From contig NC_089431.1 of assembly GCF_026210795.1 (NCBI RefSeq), positions 1,674,001 to 1,738,000 of the forward strand: DNA of 64,000 nucleotides, read 5' to 3'. The notes below the pieces were generated by a model. The model had not been told where the DNA came from and searched no databases. It was given only the letters and a program-made list of their open reading frames with translations. The stretch is from Rhizophagus irregularis. Lineage: Eukaryota. Shown piece by piece: positions 46,693 through 58,790 of the stretch. The first letter of the stretch is position 1. Every line of letters begins with the position of its first letter. Made by a program: the position numbers and the translations under genes.

Positions 46693-48345
46693 CTATTCCT
46701 TCGCTTTATCCAAGAATCCTTTCTCGATCAGTGTATGCTTAATGAAAGGCAAAAGGTCACATGTGTATGGCACTTCGATAAGGCATATATCTTGGTTGTT
46801 GCATATATCCCGCTTCTTTTGATCGCGCATATTTTGTGATTTTAGATTTTCATTCCCCCGGTGATAAAAATTATTGTGATGATAGTGTTGAGGACCCTGG
46901 AATTCAAATGCAAGATGCAATTTCTCATTATATCCATCCAAGTGTAGCCCATCTAAGAACTTACCCCTACATGGTGGAAATTTCTTGCCTAACAAATCCT
47001 CAAAAATATATCGTACAGTTCTTTCAGTAGTATGATGGCAAAGAGGACACCATTCAAATTTTTTCATAATATATTTTAATGGATACTCCCACTGATGCGC
47101 ACCATTCTTACAAGACCAAAGATATATGCTATGGCCATTTGTTTGTCCGGTCTTTCCTAGACATTGACCATTGCGCTTCTTAGCATAATTCTTCGCTTGA
47201 TCTAGCTCGCTATTAGTAGGGGAAGCATATGCAATATGTACAGACAATATGCTTTGAGGCGGACGACCAACCCTTTCTGGATCAGCTATTAACATAAGTT
47301 CTTCTCGCACAAACCCGCGAGATGGTGCAAATTCACCATCGAGATAATATAAAACTGGCTCATTCTTTATAACAACAACTTTTTGAATTTTATGAATAGA
47401 AGGCGACCATATAGGGTCAGTTGCTCTTTTCTGATTCTCCATACCCCCTTCCCATTCTGCATTGGCAAGTAGGTAGCGGATAGAATCACCTTTCTTTAAT
47501 GCTATTTCATCTTTTCCAACTGGGCGCTTATATTTTGTAGATGGTTTAGATTCTACTCGATCTAATAATACAATGGCTTTCACTGGCTCGAGTCTCCACT
47601 TTTCTGATCCTGGTTCTCGAATAAGGCGCGTGGGATAATTATTTAGATAATCAATAACTACTGGTATATATCTAACCCATGCTCTTATTAATTGAGGATC
47701 AGAAGTTATTGATTCAATAGCATACTGGATTTTGTATAGAATTTTTGAGAGTGTTTGGTTGAAACGCTCCACAAAAGCAAGTCCTCTATGACTATATGGG
47801 CCAATCACTCGAATTATAACATTGTGCTCTTGCATTAGTCGGGAAGTCTCGCCCATCCATTCTCGCCCATTATCTGTTTGAAGTAATTTAGGATAGGTAA
47901 GAGGATTACTAGGGTCATCATATATTTTCCTAAATGCTTTAGCAACCTCAGAACTTTTCTTCGATCTAAGTGGAACTGAAGCTTTGTATCTGGAGGCACA
48001 GTCTATTATATTAAGCACTGCTTTATATTTTTTACCTCTATAACGATCATGTGTGAGAAATAGTATATCGCACTGATGTACGCAATTGGGACGTGTTATT
48101 CGTCCATAGCTGACTCTAGGGATGTATTTTGGAGAGGTTTTATTAATTTGGTATGACTCTTGATTTTCTAAAAAATCTTTACATTCACTTAGGCGGAATT
48201 GGTGCCCCTCTTTTTTACATACATCTCTTAACGATTTGGGATTAGAATAATAGCCAGTTGGGCGATAATATATTCCACGCAATATGATATTTTTTTCAAT
48301 TCTCTGAGCCTCAATAGGGTCTATCAAGATTTGTGGTTGGCTCAT
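46693..48345 (-). CDS. rve integrase fused to a zinc ribbon and Vsr/DUF559-like endonuclease
   Basis: [68 protein letters not shown]. Confidence 0.85.
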   Translation of the reverse strand: MSQPQILIDPIEAQRIEKNIILRGIYYRPTGYYSNPKSLRDVCKKEGHQFRLSECKDFLENQESYQINKTSPKYIPRVSYGRITRPNCVHQCDILFLTHDRYRGKKYKAVLNIIDCASRYKASVPLRSKKSSEVAKAFRKIYDDPSNPLTYPKLLQTDNGREWMGETSRLMQEHNVIIRVIGPYSHRGLAFVERFNQTLSKILYKIQYAIESITSDPQLIRAWVRYIPVVIDYLNNYPTRLIREPGSEKWRLEPVKAIVLLDRVESKPSTKYKRPVGKDEIALKKGDSIRYLLANAEWEGGMENQKRATDPIWSPSIHKIQKVVVIKNEPVLYYLDGEFAPSRGFVREELMLIADPERVGRPPQSILSVHIAYASPTNSELDQAKNYAKKRNGQCLGKTGQTNGHSIYLWSCKNGAHQWEYPLKYIMKKFEWCPLCHHTTERTVRYIFEDLLGKKFPPCRGKFLDGLHLDGYNEKLHLAFEFQGPQHYHHNNFYHRGNENLKSQNMRDQKKRDICNNQDICLIEVPYTCDLLPFIKHTLIEKGFLDKAKE

Positions 48346-48375
48346 TCTGATTCTCTTTTATAATCACAAAAAAGA

Positions 48376-50853
48376 ATGGCATTTCGGAGGCCCCATCTAA
48401 GGCAGAGAAGAACATGTGAAGAATATAAAGCTGAGCTGGAGGAGGAGAACTACCATCTTCGTAGTGAATTGCAAGCAGAAGTTGATAGTAACTGCCAAAA
48501 TGAAAAGCAGATCAGAGAGCTGGAACGTGAATGTGTCCGTTGTGAACAAGAAATCCAAACTCTTAGTGGTGAGATAGAACGTCTTGAGAATGCTTCGAAA
48601 AAGGAGATAGTAGAGCTAAAATCTGAAATTTCCAGCCTAAAAAAGCAACTATATCAAGCTAAGAAGGATATTCGTGATAATGAAAAACATATTTCTAGTA
48701 TAGAGAGTCTGTTAGTAGATTCCGAGGAGCAGGTAGAGAAATTGCGATGCCGAATCAGAACCATCTTATCACGAAAAAATTCACCAGAAAGAGGTAATTC
48801 TCCAGACTTGTATAATTCTGATGATAATATGGCCACAATCACAGAGCTAGCAAATGCTATAGATGGTTATCTGAATAATAGGACAATGACCAGAGATATT
48901 CTAATAGACCAAATTAAAAGGGCGACAAGGCAGATACGTCAAAAAGAGAATAATTTGCATCAGGATTTAGTCTGTGAGCAAAGAAGGCGCTATGATGCAG
49001 AAGGTGAGCGAGATCTTGCTATTACGTGAAGAGATCTTGCTGAAGGTGGGATGGCTAATGTTATTGGTGATCTCCATCAGTTGCGGACCAATGCTCAAAA
49101 CCAGGTAAATAGAATGATAGGTAATATAGCAAGAAAGCAAACCCGTATAGGTGTACTGGTACAAGAAAAATTTGCCTTACAGTTATTGTATCAGCGAAAT
49201 GCCCATCACCTATAGCGATGTAGAAGGGATATGGGTTTATTGGAGTACAATCGTGACAGGCTTTATGAGAGATATGAGAAATGGAAAAATAAGACCCAAG
49301 CAGAACGCCAGAATAATTTAAATTTGCAGGGACAAATTTTGGCGCTACAGAATAACCCACCTAATATACAACAAATAGGAATGGTAGGATATGGACCCCC
49401 AATATTTTATGGACGTCCTGGAGAAGATCCAGAGGACTTTCTCAGAGACTTTCAAAGATATGTAGTAGCTAGTCGAATAAATATAGCTCCTGGAGCAGGT
49501 CAGGTCACCGGAAGAGCGGAGGCTTTAGGTTTATTAATATCTTGCCTTGAAGGACCTGCTAAGCAATGGTATGAAACTAACATCAAAGGCAAGAATTGGA
49601 AATGTAGTAATATCTCAGATAATTTAGGTGTAGCTACTTTAACTGCTGTTCGAGCTTTGGCCGCCGGAAATGGTGGTGGTCAGGTTGGTGCTTTGAATAC
49701 TGCAGGAGAATTTCAAGGTAAGGCGGCCGCCAAAATTGGTAGAATTGGTGCAGGTATTGCAACTGGTGCTAATATTATTCCAAATGGTACTTGGGATGAA
49801 GACTGGTCCATAGCTGGTGGCGAACCTGAAGCTAATGCACCAGTGGTACCTAATGCTGGTGGAGGTTTTCCTGCTGTTACAATAGCACCTAACATCACAC
49901 TTGGTCAACTTATATACTTACTCAATACTGCCTATACAACCGTAGAACATTTAAAACAGACGACAGTTTTCGGTCAGCTCATGCAAGGTGATATGTCAGT
50001 TGAGCAGTTTTCTGCCTGAATTAAAAAGGTTGGTAAATTGGCTGAAATGACTCCAGAACAGCAAAGAGAGCAATTTATTCGTAGCTTAAATCCTATGAAC
50101 CAATATAATATTCGAATGATGGCTAAATTTTATGATACACAGGATAATATTACAAAAGCTCTGGCTGAAGCGGAAAAATTTACATTATCTCAAAAGAGTG
50201 TACCATCTTCTCTTCCTATTTTTCCGACAGCCAATCCATATGCAGATACTAACAGATCAGGGGGTGGGATGACTAAAAATGAAATCGAGGACTTGATAAA
50301 AACCACAATGGCTTCCTCACAGCCTCAAACAGCTTATCAAAATACCGATTTACAATCTTCTATTAAATCATTGCAGGAGACTATGTCTCGAGCGACTAAG
50401 ACTCTAGATAATAGTAAAAAATCGGCCAATAAGAGAGGGGAAGACATTATTAGATGATTTTTAAGTGAGCTACTAAGGACAAAATCAAATAAGCAACCTG
50501 AAGATGATTATAATTATGACCCTGTGGATGATATTACTGACAGTATGGCTGGTATGACACTAAATAGTGCCACAATAAATGCTATCAATTCCGCCGTTAA
50601 AAGTGCCGTTAAGAAAAAATGTACCAAGTATGGTAGATTTGGACATACTTCCTGTAAGTGCCCTCGAAAGAAGAAAAAGAAAAGCAAGAAGTCGAAGAAA
50701 GGTAAGGTCAATCTCGCTATAGAACCAGATTCAGATTCTTCTTCAAACGATACTTCTTCTAGTGATAGTTCTGATTCTGATACAAGTTCCTCTGATTCTT
50801 CCGATTCTGATGGTGATCTTAATGTTCATATAGCTAAGTCAAAAAAAAAGTGA
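48376..50853 (+). pseudogene. Gag-like polyprotein (~825 codons; coiled coil, capsid, degenerate CCHC), four in-frame stops
   Basis: Four track ORFs share one frame; stops at 49027, 49213, 50017, 50455; PIFYGRPGEDPEDFLRDF, CLEGPAKQWY, QGDMSVEQF, QFIRSL, CTKYGRFGHTSCKC. Confidence 0.85.
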
Positions 50854-51933
50854 AGAAGGAGAGTGAATCCGAGAAATTATCCTCTAAAGAGATGTCTAGT
50901 GCCAAGCTGAGAGAAATACCACTAGAGGAGACTATTCGTAAAGTCCTTCATAGTGAGCTTAAACTAATCTTCCCCCACATTTTTTCCAAGATTCTGGTCT
51001 CATTGCGTCCAAACAGATAGTGGCTTCTACGGAGGCAAAGATAGTATCCCAAAATGATGTATCATCATCTTCAAAAGATTCGGATGAGTCCAGTCTGGAA
51101 GAGGAGTCTTTAGATGATCCTATAGAGATCGACTTCGTCAAGAAGAAGGAGCCGAAAACTAGTGTTGCCACTATAAAGTGCAAAATCAGGCGCTTGAAGA
51201 TTCCAGCCATGACTCTAGACTCCAGAGCTGAGCCTCCAATTATAACGAAAAACATTGTTGATCGTACTAAGGACAAAATAGATAAATCTGAAAAACATGA
51301 CCTTAGCGGTGTAGCTACTGTCCCGATTGAATCTATTGGTATTGTCCGCAATCTGCCTATTACTCTAGCTCCTGGGTGCATCATTTATGAAGATTTTGTA
51401 GTTGTGGATTATCACAAGCCAACGCTAATATTTTCTAATCAACTCCTAAAGAAATATGGATGCGCAGTGGATTGGAATACAAATGAGCTAAAGATCCCTC
51501 TTAATGGGAAGGACTATATTATCCCAGTCACTTTCACTGGTAAAAAAATGGTCTATCCTACATATATCCTACATATATCTTACACATATCGGGTACTTAA
51601 AATGTAGAACACAAATAATACACATATCATACACATATCGGGTACTTATATATATAGTATACCTATCAGGTACCTGATATATGTATGATATATATATTAG
51701 TACCCGATATGTGTATGATATGTGTATTATTTGTGTATGATTTTCTACATTTTAAGTACCCGATATGTGTAAAATATGTGTAAAATAAATCATTTTTTTA
51801 CCAGTGTATGCATAAGGTCAAGAACAAGCTTGAGGTGAATTGTGCGACCACTACTTCTGAATGTGATGATCTGTCAACCCCAGACTGCATTTCGCAGGAC
51901 TTAAGTGAGGATGGCGCATTAAAAAAAAAGTGA
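50841..51933 (+). pseudogene. Aspartic protease in -1 frame after the Gag-like ORF; frameshift near 50975 and MITE insertion
   Basis: TLDSRAEPPII (DSG degenerate), LIFSNQLLKKY; resumes MHKVKN.. after 51806. Confidence 0.78.
51535..51806. mobile_element. 272-bp MITE with CACTG ends (CMC/CACTA-like)
   Basis: TIR CACTGGTAAAAAAATG; internal inverted acacatatcgggtact repeats; flanks TTT/TAT (3-bp TSD, one mismatch); removal restores PVT-MHK. Confidence 0.85.
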
Positions 51934-52059
51934 GTTATGAAGAGCTCGAAAAAATGTTATTTAGCGCTCTTAAGTCTAAAGAGGATCTTAACGAATTGTG
52001 TGAGAAATTATTAGTACGCTATGATAAACTAAATGGGAAATATCTTCTACACGGCTAGA

Positions 52060-52510
52060 CGTCTATTCACCTCTGCTTTATTTTTTTCGTCTCTCTTAGC
52101 TTCTTTTTCATAAAATGCATTCAGATCCTCTCTGCTAATATTTAAACCTTCAGAACCCTCTGGGCTTGTAGACGTTGGCTGATTCTGGGTAATAGATGGT
52201 TCAGAGATTCTAACGGATTTGGACTTGGGTTTCTTTCCTCCGGTCTTTTTACCTTACTCCCAGAAATAACATTGCATTCCACAGGATCTGCTTGCTGATA
52301 TGAACCAGGTTCTTCTGACAGTGGTTTTATATCTTTAGGGTCTATTGGTAGGTGAGCTCCTCTCCAAATTTGATACACCCGCCGTGTTGATATTTTGTAT
52401 TTGTTAGCCATGACTTCTGATGCCCGCTTCGTTGAATTTTTAGCTTTAATAATATCCTGGATATCTTCAGCAGATAGGGGGTTGCATCTGAACGCAAATA
52501 CTGAAGCATT
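52060..52510 (-). pseudogene. Degraded helix-turn-helix-like protein (limits approximate)
   Basis: LSAEDIQDII...MANKYKISTRRVYQIW. Confidence 0.5.
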
Positions 52511-52730
52511 TTTTACAAATAGACAAAAAAAAATCTTTCGAAAAATTACCGGTATATTTTTGATATTTTTTCGGTATTCGTTTAATCTCTGTTCGGTATT
52601 ATCGATATATTTTCGGTAGATTCGGTGTATTCGGTGTATTCGATATATTCGGTCTAAAAAATTTGCCAAGTAAAAAATTTTCAATCGCATGTTTTTTTTA
52701 ATATACTAGCAACTAAGCCGAAAAAAGGCT

Positions 52731-53729
52731 ATGACCAATGTGTATACCTTGAAAGATATTAATAATAAAGGTCATCGGCTTGGTAGTGCGTATGAGCAAG
52801 AGCTCGAAAAAAAATTGTATACCACTCTTAGTTCTAAAGCCGAAATTAATGATCTTTGTGAAAAGTTGTTGGCTAAAAATTCAGAGTATTCGGAGCGAGA
52901 GGAGGATATTGAAAATAAGATTAGCCAGTTAAATACGTCCAGTACTAAAGTTAGATCCCAACTCATTTCTGAACGGAAGTCTCATTCTGAAAGTCAACGT
53001 GGACTTGAAGCCAAATATACTGCTGAAATCCAATCGCTCAAATCAGAGATTAAAACACTGAAGAGAAAGGCGACTTTGGCCCAGAAAGCTTCGTCCGCTG
53101 ACAAGGTCCAGATTCTTTCTCTTGAAACTAAAATACGCGAATTGGAAGGTAAGTTGGAGGACATAGATCTAGAGCGTACATATCATGATTTGGATGTAAT
53201 GGGAGGGGTGGTAGAAGAGCCGGCCCAAATAAGCTCATCCGAAATAGAATCTCTCAGGCTTAAATTGGAACGAGCGAATGAGGACCGTAATTCGAAAGAA
53301 TATACAATAGAATATATGGAAAAAGGGATAGAAGCAACACATGAGATAACCAGTCGGAAAATAGATAGCCGGTCTTCAGAACGATTAAAATTAATGGAGG
53401 AAAATAGGTCCCTCAAGGACCAGTTAGCGTTAAAGAAAAATACTTCGTCCCAAATAATTTCAAGTGAGGGGATTCCTTTGGAATCAGGTGGCGCAGAAGC
53501 AGTACCATTGTCCCAAGAAATATCTCTAGCACCGGCTATTCCTGTCGTTGCGAGTTCTCTAATATTGCCGATGATAACATATTCCATGCTTGCCTTACTA
53601 CTGATTGTGGTTATATGGCTCGTGGTCAGGAAATGGTGGAATCTATGGGGTATGAATAAAAAAAATGATCGATATTTCACACACGAAAAATATATAAATA
53701 GGCCAGATATTTATTATCTCAATACCTAA
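52731..53729 (+). CDS. Coiled-coil protein with a C-terminal transmembrane segment
   Basis: Heptad-rich body; ILPMITYSMLALLLIVVIWLVVRKWW. Confidence 0.7.
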   Translation: MTNVYTLKDINNKGHRLGSAYEQELEKKLYTTLSSKAEINDLCEKLLAKNSEYSEREEDIENKISQLNTSSTKVRSQLISERKSHSESQRGLEAKYTAEIQSLKSEIKTLKRKATLAQKASSADKVQILSLETKIRELEGKLEDIDLERTYHDLDVMGGVVEEPAQISSSEIESLRLKLERANEDRNSKEYTIEYMEKGIEATHEITSRKIDSRSSERLKLMEENRSLKDQLALKKNTSSQIISSEGIPLESGGAEAVPLSQEISLAPAIPVVASSLILPMITYSMLALLLIVVIWLVVRKWWNLWGMNKKNDRYFTHEKYINRPDIYYLNT

Positions 53730-53733
53730 TCGA

Positions 53734-54072
53734 CTACCGTATAAGTACTGGCGCGAGCGGGACTTCTCTGAATCTTCTTTGGATGTGGGCTAATACCTTT
53801 TTTGATAAATCTTCGGGTGGATTTATTAATATCTTTTTAGCTTGAGCCAGTGTACATGCAAATAACCATCCAATATGGATCTGGTTACCTCCCTTACCAT
53901 TATGACCGTGTTGTAGTAAATATTGATAGTCATCCATTACGATATCTCTCATCCCTTCCTGATCCGCTATTATTTTGCGAAATAACCATCTATCATCTTC
54001 TGTGATTGGGAAATGGATTTTGTTGGGTTCGAAGCCTATGTACTGGGAAACTTGGTCACGTAGTTCAGCCAT
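53734..54072 (-). CDS. Hypothetical protein
   Basis: ORF starting MAELRDQV. Confidence 0.5.
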   Translation of the reverse strand: MAELRDQVSQYIGFEPNKIHFPITEDDRWLFRKIIADQEGMRDIVMDDYQYLLQHGHNGKGGNQIHIGWLFACTLAQAKKILINPPEDLSKKVLAHIQRRFREVPLAPVLIR

Positions 54073-56999
54073 TATATCAATAAAACTTATGTTTAAAAAC
54101 ACTAGTGATCCATAATAGCCGTTAAGGCGTTTCGCAAAAATAGGCCTTAGCCACGGAGTATATCACATGTTTTTGGCCGGCCCCAGCTGAAAAATACTAA
54201 TGATCATCTCCGGGCATATCCGTGGCCAGGCTATATGATCGGAGGTCAGAAGTTTGAAGATAAAAATTGAAGTTAGCCGGTATTATTGCAAGAGAAAAAT
54301 ATATATATATAAATAATATTGTATGGATTCTTAGCCGGAATTGCCACACCCCGTTAAGAGTACTTAACAATATTATCTATTTAAGTACTTTGCTAGCACC
54401 TCTGACCCAGTTATATCCTCAAGATGGAAATACCATAAATTATTAATGTCGTCTAATGCCCCAATTTCTGATATATGAGGTAAGGCAGGTAGGTCAGCAA
54501 TTATCTCATTTTTTCGCATGGATGAAACTGGGCCGATTTCTTCTGGAATTGATACATGCTCTTTATAACGCATATGATAGACCAATTTGTGAAAGAATAA
54601 ATTATACTCTTCAATACATTTTGCAAGCTCGCTAGGATATCGAGCAAAATCAGAGCATATTTTTTCCCTCATTTCGTCATCTACTGAGAGGTTTTTATCT
54701 TTTGAAATTTTCCTAACGCATTTCATAAATGTCTCCCATAATACCTCGATAGGGTTGCTTGCCATGAAAATCTCATAGCTAAGCCATTTACCATAAAATA
54801 TTTCATATGAACTACCTATCTTTTGATACAACATTTCTTGTGCTTCTATGACAGCGTTTCTATAGGCGCATTTATAAGCATTTCCACGGGATACCATTAT
54901 CTTGGAAGTAATACCATTAACTATGATATTCTCCTTCACAAAACCCTCAAGCCATGATTTGGCTTTCTTTTGAGCATGGTCATCTATTTGCTTATATTTC
55001 TCATCCGGATCCTTAATTTGCATTATTTTATCTGAGGGGGTCGGCTCATGTCTTTTATCATACATGATAAATCGGGCACAGAGACCAATGATAGTTTTTT
55101 CGTAATAATGATATAAATCTAACTCCTTACCCAATTCCTTAGCTACGTCCACAAATTCCATTTTCTCGCCTTTAGTTGGTTCTAACTTTCTACCATGTAA
55201 ATCAAAAGTCGTATCTGGATGAGTTACTACGTAACTAAAGCGCCCACCTGGTACCAGAATCTTAGTATCATATTTTCCTTTCATTCATCCTATAAAACGC
55301 TGAACAGCTTTGTTATCTTTATCAGGTTTCCAAGCGTCAGTCTCTATAAATTGTTCAAAATTCCACTGCTCATGATTAATTATAGCATCCCTGAGAACGT
55401 CTTCAACAATCTCATGGAGTGATTAGACGTTATTAATATCCATAGCCCTTCGCATAATACGATCCATATAGTTTTGAAAACTTGGGATTTACCCTGCTTC
55501 ACAGTATCTATTCCCCTTATAAAAGGCTCTCTTGGTTCGAAGTTAGGAGTCTCTTCATGGTCAATGCCAAAATATTTTTTCTTTTCGGTAAACGCTACTG
55601 GAAATAGTACTTCCTCGTAGGCTATTTTAAGATAATCCGACCTAGTCTTGAGTCTGAGGAAAGTGTTCACATCATTGCGCAATTTTTCCATTACACCCAT
55701 AGTAGTCTTGACCATCTCAGTCCAATACTCTAGTTTAGAGATTTCTCCCTCCCCATCATTATAAGCCAGTTCGTATTTCTCATAGCAGGAATCTGGACAA
55801 ATGAGATATAAGGAATCGGTATCACCGTATTTTATCCTAAAGCCTTTCTTTCTAACGTACTCTGCAACACGTTTGATAATTTCTTGCCCAGCCAAAGTAA
55901 CACCTCCAGCAAGTTCGAGTATGTAGAATGGGGAACCACTTCTGCCCGTCACACCATAGAATGAATTCATATACAATTTAATGGCTTTCTGCTTAGAATT
56001 TAAAGAATCATAGGCAAAGCAGACAGAACTGTATTCTTTTATAAAATTATCATATGATAAATCAATAAAAGGATCTAAGATTTTAACCATCTCAGCACGC
56101 TTCTTCACATTCTTCGTCGAGGACAAAACATCTTTGATTGCGTCCGCTATTGAGATAGATCCGCTGGCATGATCCCAAAGGGATCCATCCATTCTACTTT
56201 TGACCTTTCCCATATATTTCTTTTTCTTTCCAACATCAGCAAGTTTGAAAAGCGTTGATTCACACCAGTATACGCGTTGATCAACACCAGCTAGTTGTTC
56301 AACATGATTAACAATATTAATCAACACCCATATATTGGAGTATATCAGCGCATAATGTTAATATACGCGTCGTTCAACTCTAATTTGTAGTGCAACACAT
56401 TATGCATTGTTGTTCAACGCACTGTATATTAACGCATATATATGATTACATGTGTATATTTTAATTAAATTATATTTATTTATTTATTTTTACTCACCTT
56501 AGGAACCGAACCGGTTACCTCAACTTACAATATCATATCTCACGATCTAACCACTGTACTATTTAATTTAAGTATAATATACATTTATTAAAATTAGTAT
56601 TTAAAAAAAAAATCATTTCGTCAATACTATAATGGCCGTACTCTATATCACATGTATCACGTGATACTGGATTACTGCTGCGGACTGCGGTATAGCAAAA
56701 AAAGAAATTAAGCTTTTTTTAGCAAAGCTTAATTTTTTTTTGCTTTTCTTCGTTCTCTCCTTCCCTTTCGTTTTCCCATTACCCCTTCGTTCTCCCCTTC
56801 CCTTTCGTTTCATTCTTTTCCCTTTCGTTCTCCCCTTTCTCCCCTTTCCTTTATAAAAGTTTTATCCATTATTTCTATAAAAACTCCGTAAAAATGAGCC
56901 TTCACGGATCCATTCACAGAAAATGTAATAAGTGGATAAATTCCGTAATATAAGGTCATTAATTCCGGAGATATGAGCCTTTTACGGAAAAAAGTTTGG

Positions 57000-58010
57000 T
57001 GAGTTTCGCAACGAAACGTTGCGAAACTATTTATTCATTTTTTAACGAAACGTTTTTTAACGTTTCGAAATATTTTTTTAAAAATTCTTTTAATCGGAAC
57101 GTTGGCTAACGTTCCGATTATTTTTTTTATTTCATTTTTAATCGGAACGTTGAAAAACATTCCGAAATATTATTTTTTTTTAAAATTATTTTAATCGGAA
57201 CGTTGGCTAACGTTCTGATTAATTTTTTTACTTCATTTTTAATCGGAACGTTGAAAAACGTTCCGAAATATTGTTTTTTAAAAAATTCTTTAATCGGAAC
57301 GTTGGCTAACGTTCCGATTTTTCATTAAAAATATTTTGAAATGTTTTTAGCGTTTGAAATATTTGTTTTATTTTTTTAATCGGAGCGTTGTCTGCGTTCG
57401 AAATATTTGTTTTTTCATTTTTTTAATCGGACGTTGGCTAAGCGTTCCGATTTTTCATTAAAATTATTTTGAAAGCGTTTTTAACGTTTGAAATATTTGT
57501 TTTATTTTTTTTAATCGAAGCGTTGGTTAGCGTTCCGATTTTTCATTTTTAGCAAAGCGTTTTTTAGCGTTTGAAAATATTTTTTTTTCTTTTTTTTAAT
57601 CGGAGCGTTTTTAGCGTTCGAAACAATTTTTTTTAATTTTTTTAATCGGAACGTTGGCGTTCCGATTATTTTTTTATTTTACTTTTTTAACGAAACGTTG
57701 AAAAACGTTTCATTTATTCTTTTTTTTTAACTTCTTTAATCGGAACGTTGTCTAACGCTTCTGATTTTTTTATTTTTCATTTTTTTTAACGAAACGCTTT
57801 TTAACGCTTTCGAAAATACATTTTTTTTTATTTTTTTCTTAATCGGAACGTTGGCTAACGTTCCGATTTTTTTTGTATTTCATTTTTAATGAAACGTTTT
57901 TTAACGTTTCGAAACTTTTTTTTTTGATTTTTTTTTTAATCGGAACGTTGGCTAACGTTCCGATTTTTTTTATTACATTTTTTAACGAAATGCTTATTAA
58001 CGTTTCGTAA
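57000..58010. repeat. Degenerate array of palindromic aatcggaacgtt..aacgttccgatt units
   Basis: About 20 variants separated by T/A tracts. Confidence 0.85.
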
Positions 58011-58039
58011 TTTTTTTTCATTTTTTTTTCCTTTCTTCT

Positions 58040-58790
58040 TTTAGGTCAGCGGGTGGACTTCCGAGTTCCGAAGAACGGAAAACCAAGATTTGTAAGATAA
58101 GTACGAATCTTGGTTTAATTTTTTTTTTCTTTTTTTTTTAATATTATTAATGAACGGTTACTAATAACCGTTCTTTTCTTTTTTAGGTTTCGGGCGGCTT
58201 CCTGGTTCCGAAGAACGGAAAAGAACCAAGATTCGTAAGTATATACGAATCTTGGTTTTGTTTTTTTTTGTTTTTTTTTTAAAAAAATATTATGAACGGT
58301 TACTAATAACCGTTCTTTACTTCTATTTTTTAGGTTTCGGGCGGCTTCCTGGTTCCGAAGAACGGAAAAGAACCAAGATTCGTAAGTATATACGAATCTT
58401 GGTTTTGTTTTTTTTATTTTTTTTTAATATTATGAACGGTTACTAATAACCGTTCCTTTCTTTTTTATAGGTTCGGGTGGACTTCGGACAAACGGGAGAA
58501 CCAAGATTCGTAAGTACGAGTACGAATTTTGGTTTTTGTTTTTTTTTTAATATTTTGGAACGGTTTACTAACCGTTCCTTTCTTTTTTCTTTTATAGGTT
58601 CGGGTGGGCTTCCCAAGAACGGAAAAACCCAAAGATTCGTAAGAATCTTTATTTTTTTTCTTTCTTTGTTTATTATTATGAACGGTTTACTAACCGTTCT
58701 TTCTTTTTTCTTTTATAGGTTCGGGTAGGCTTCCCAAGAACGGAAAACCCAAAGAATCGGTAAGTTTTGAATAAAACACGTTTTTTATTT
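58040..58790 (+). repeat. Tandem ~130-145-bp units resembling micro-exon plus intron
   Basis: ttag|gttcggg..ccaagattc|gtaag..gaacggttactaataaccgttc..ttag repeated about six times. Confidence 0.75.

Noticed and set aside
56234..56327. N-terminus of the 315-aa PolB ORF
   Set aside because: It derives from the inserted TIR element, not the polymerase.
57000..58790. CRISPR-like palindromic repeats
   Set aside because: Intervening sequences are low-complexity T tracts, and the array lies inside a TIR element.
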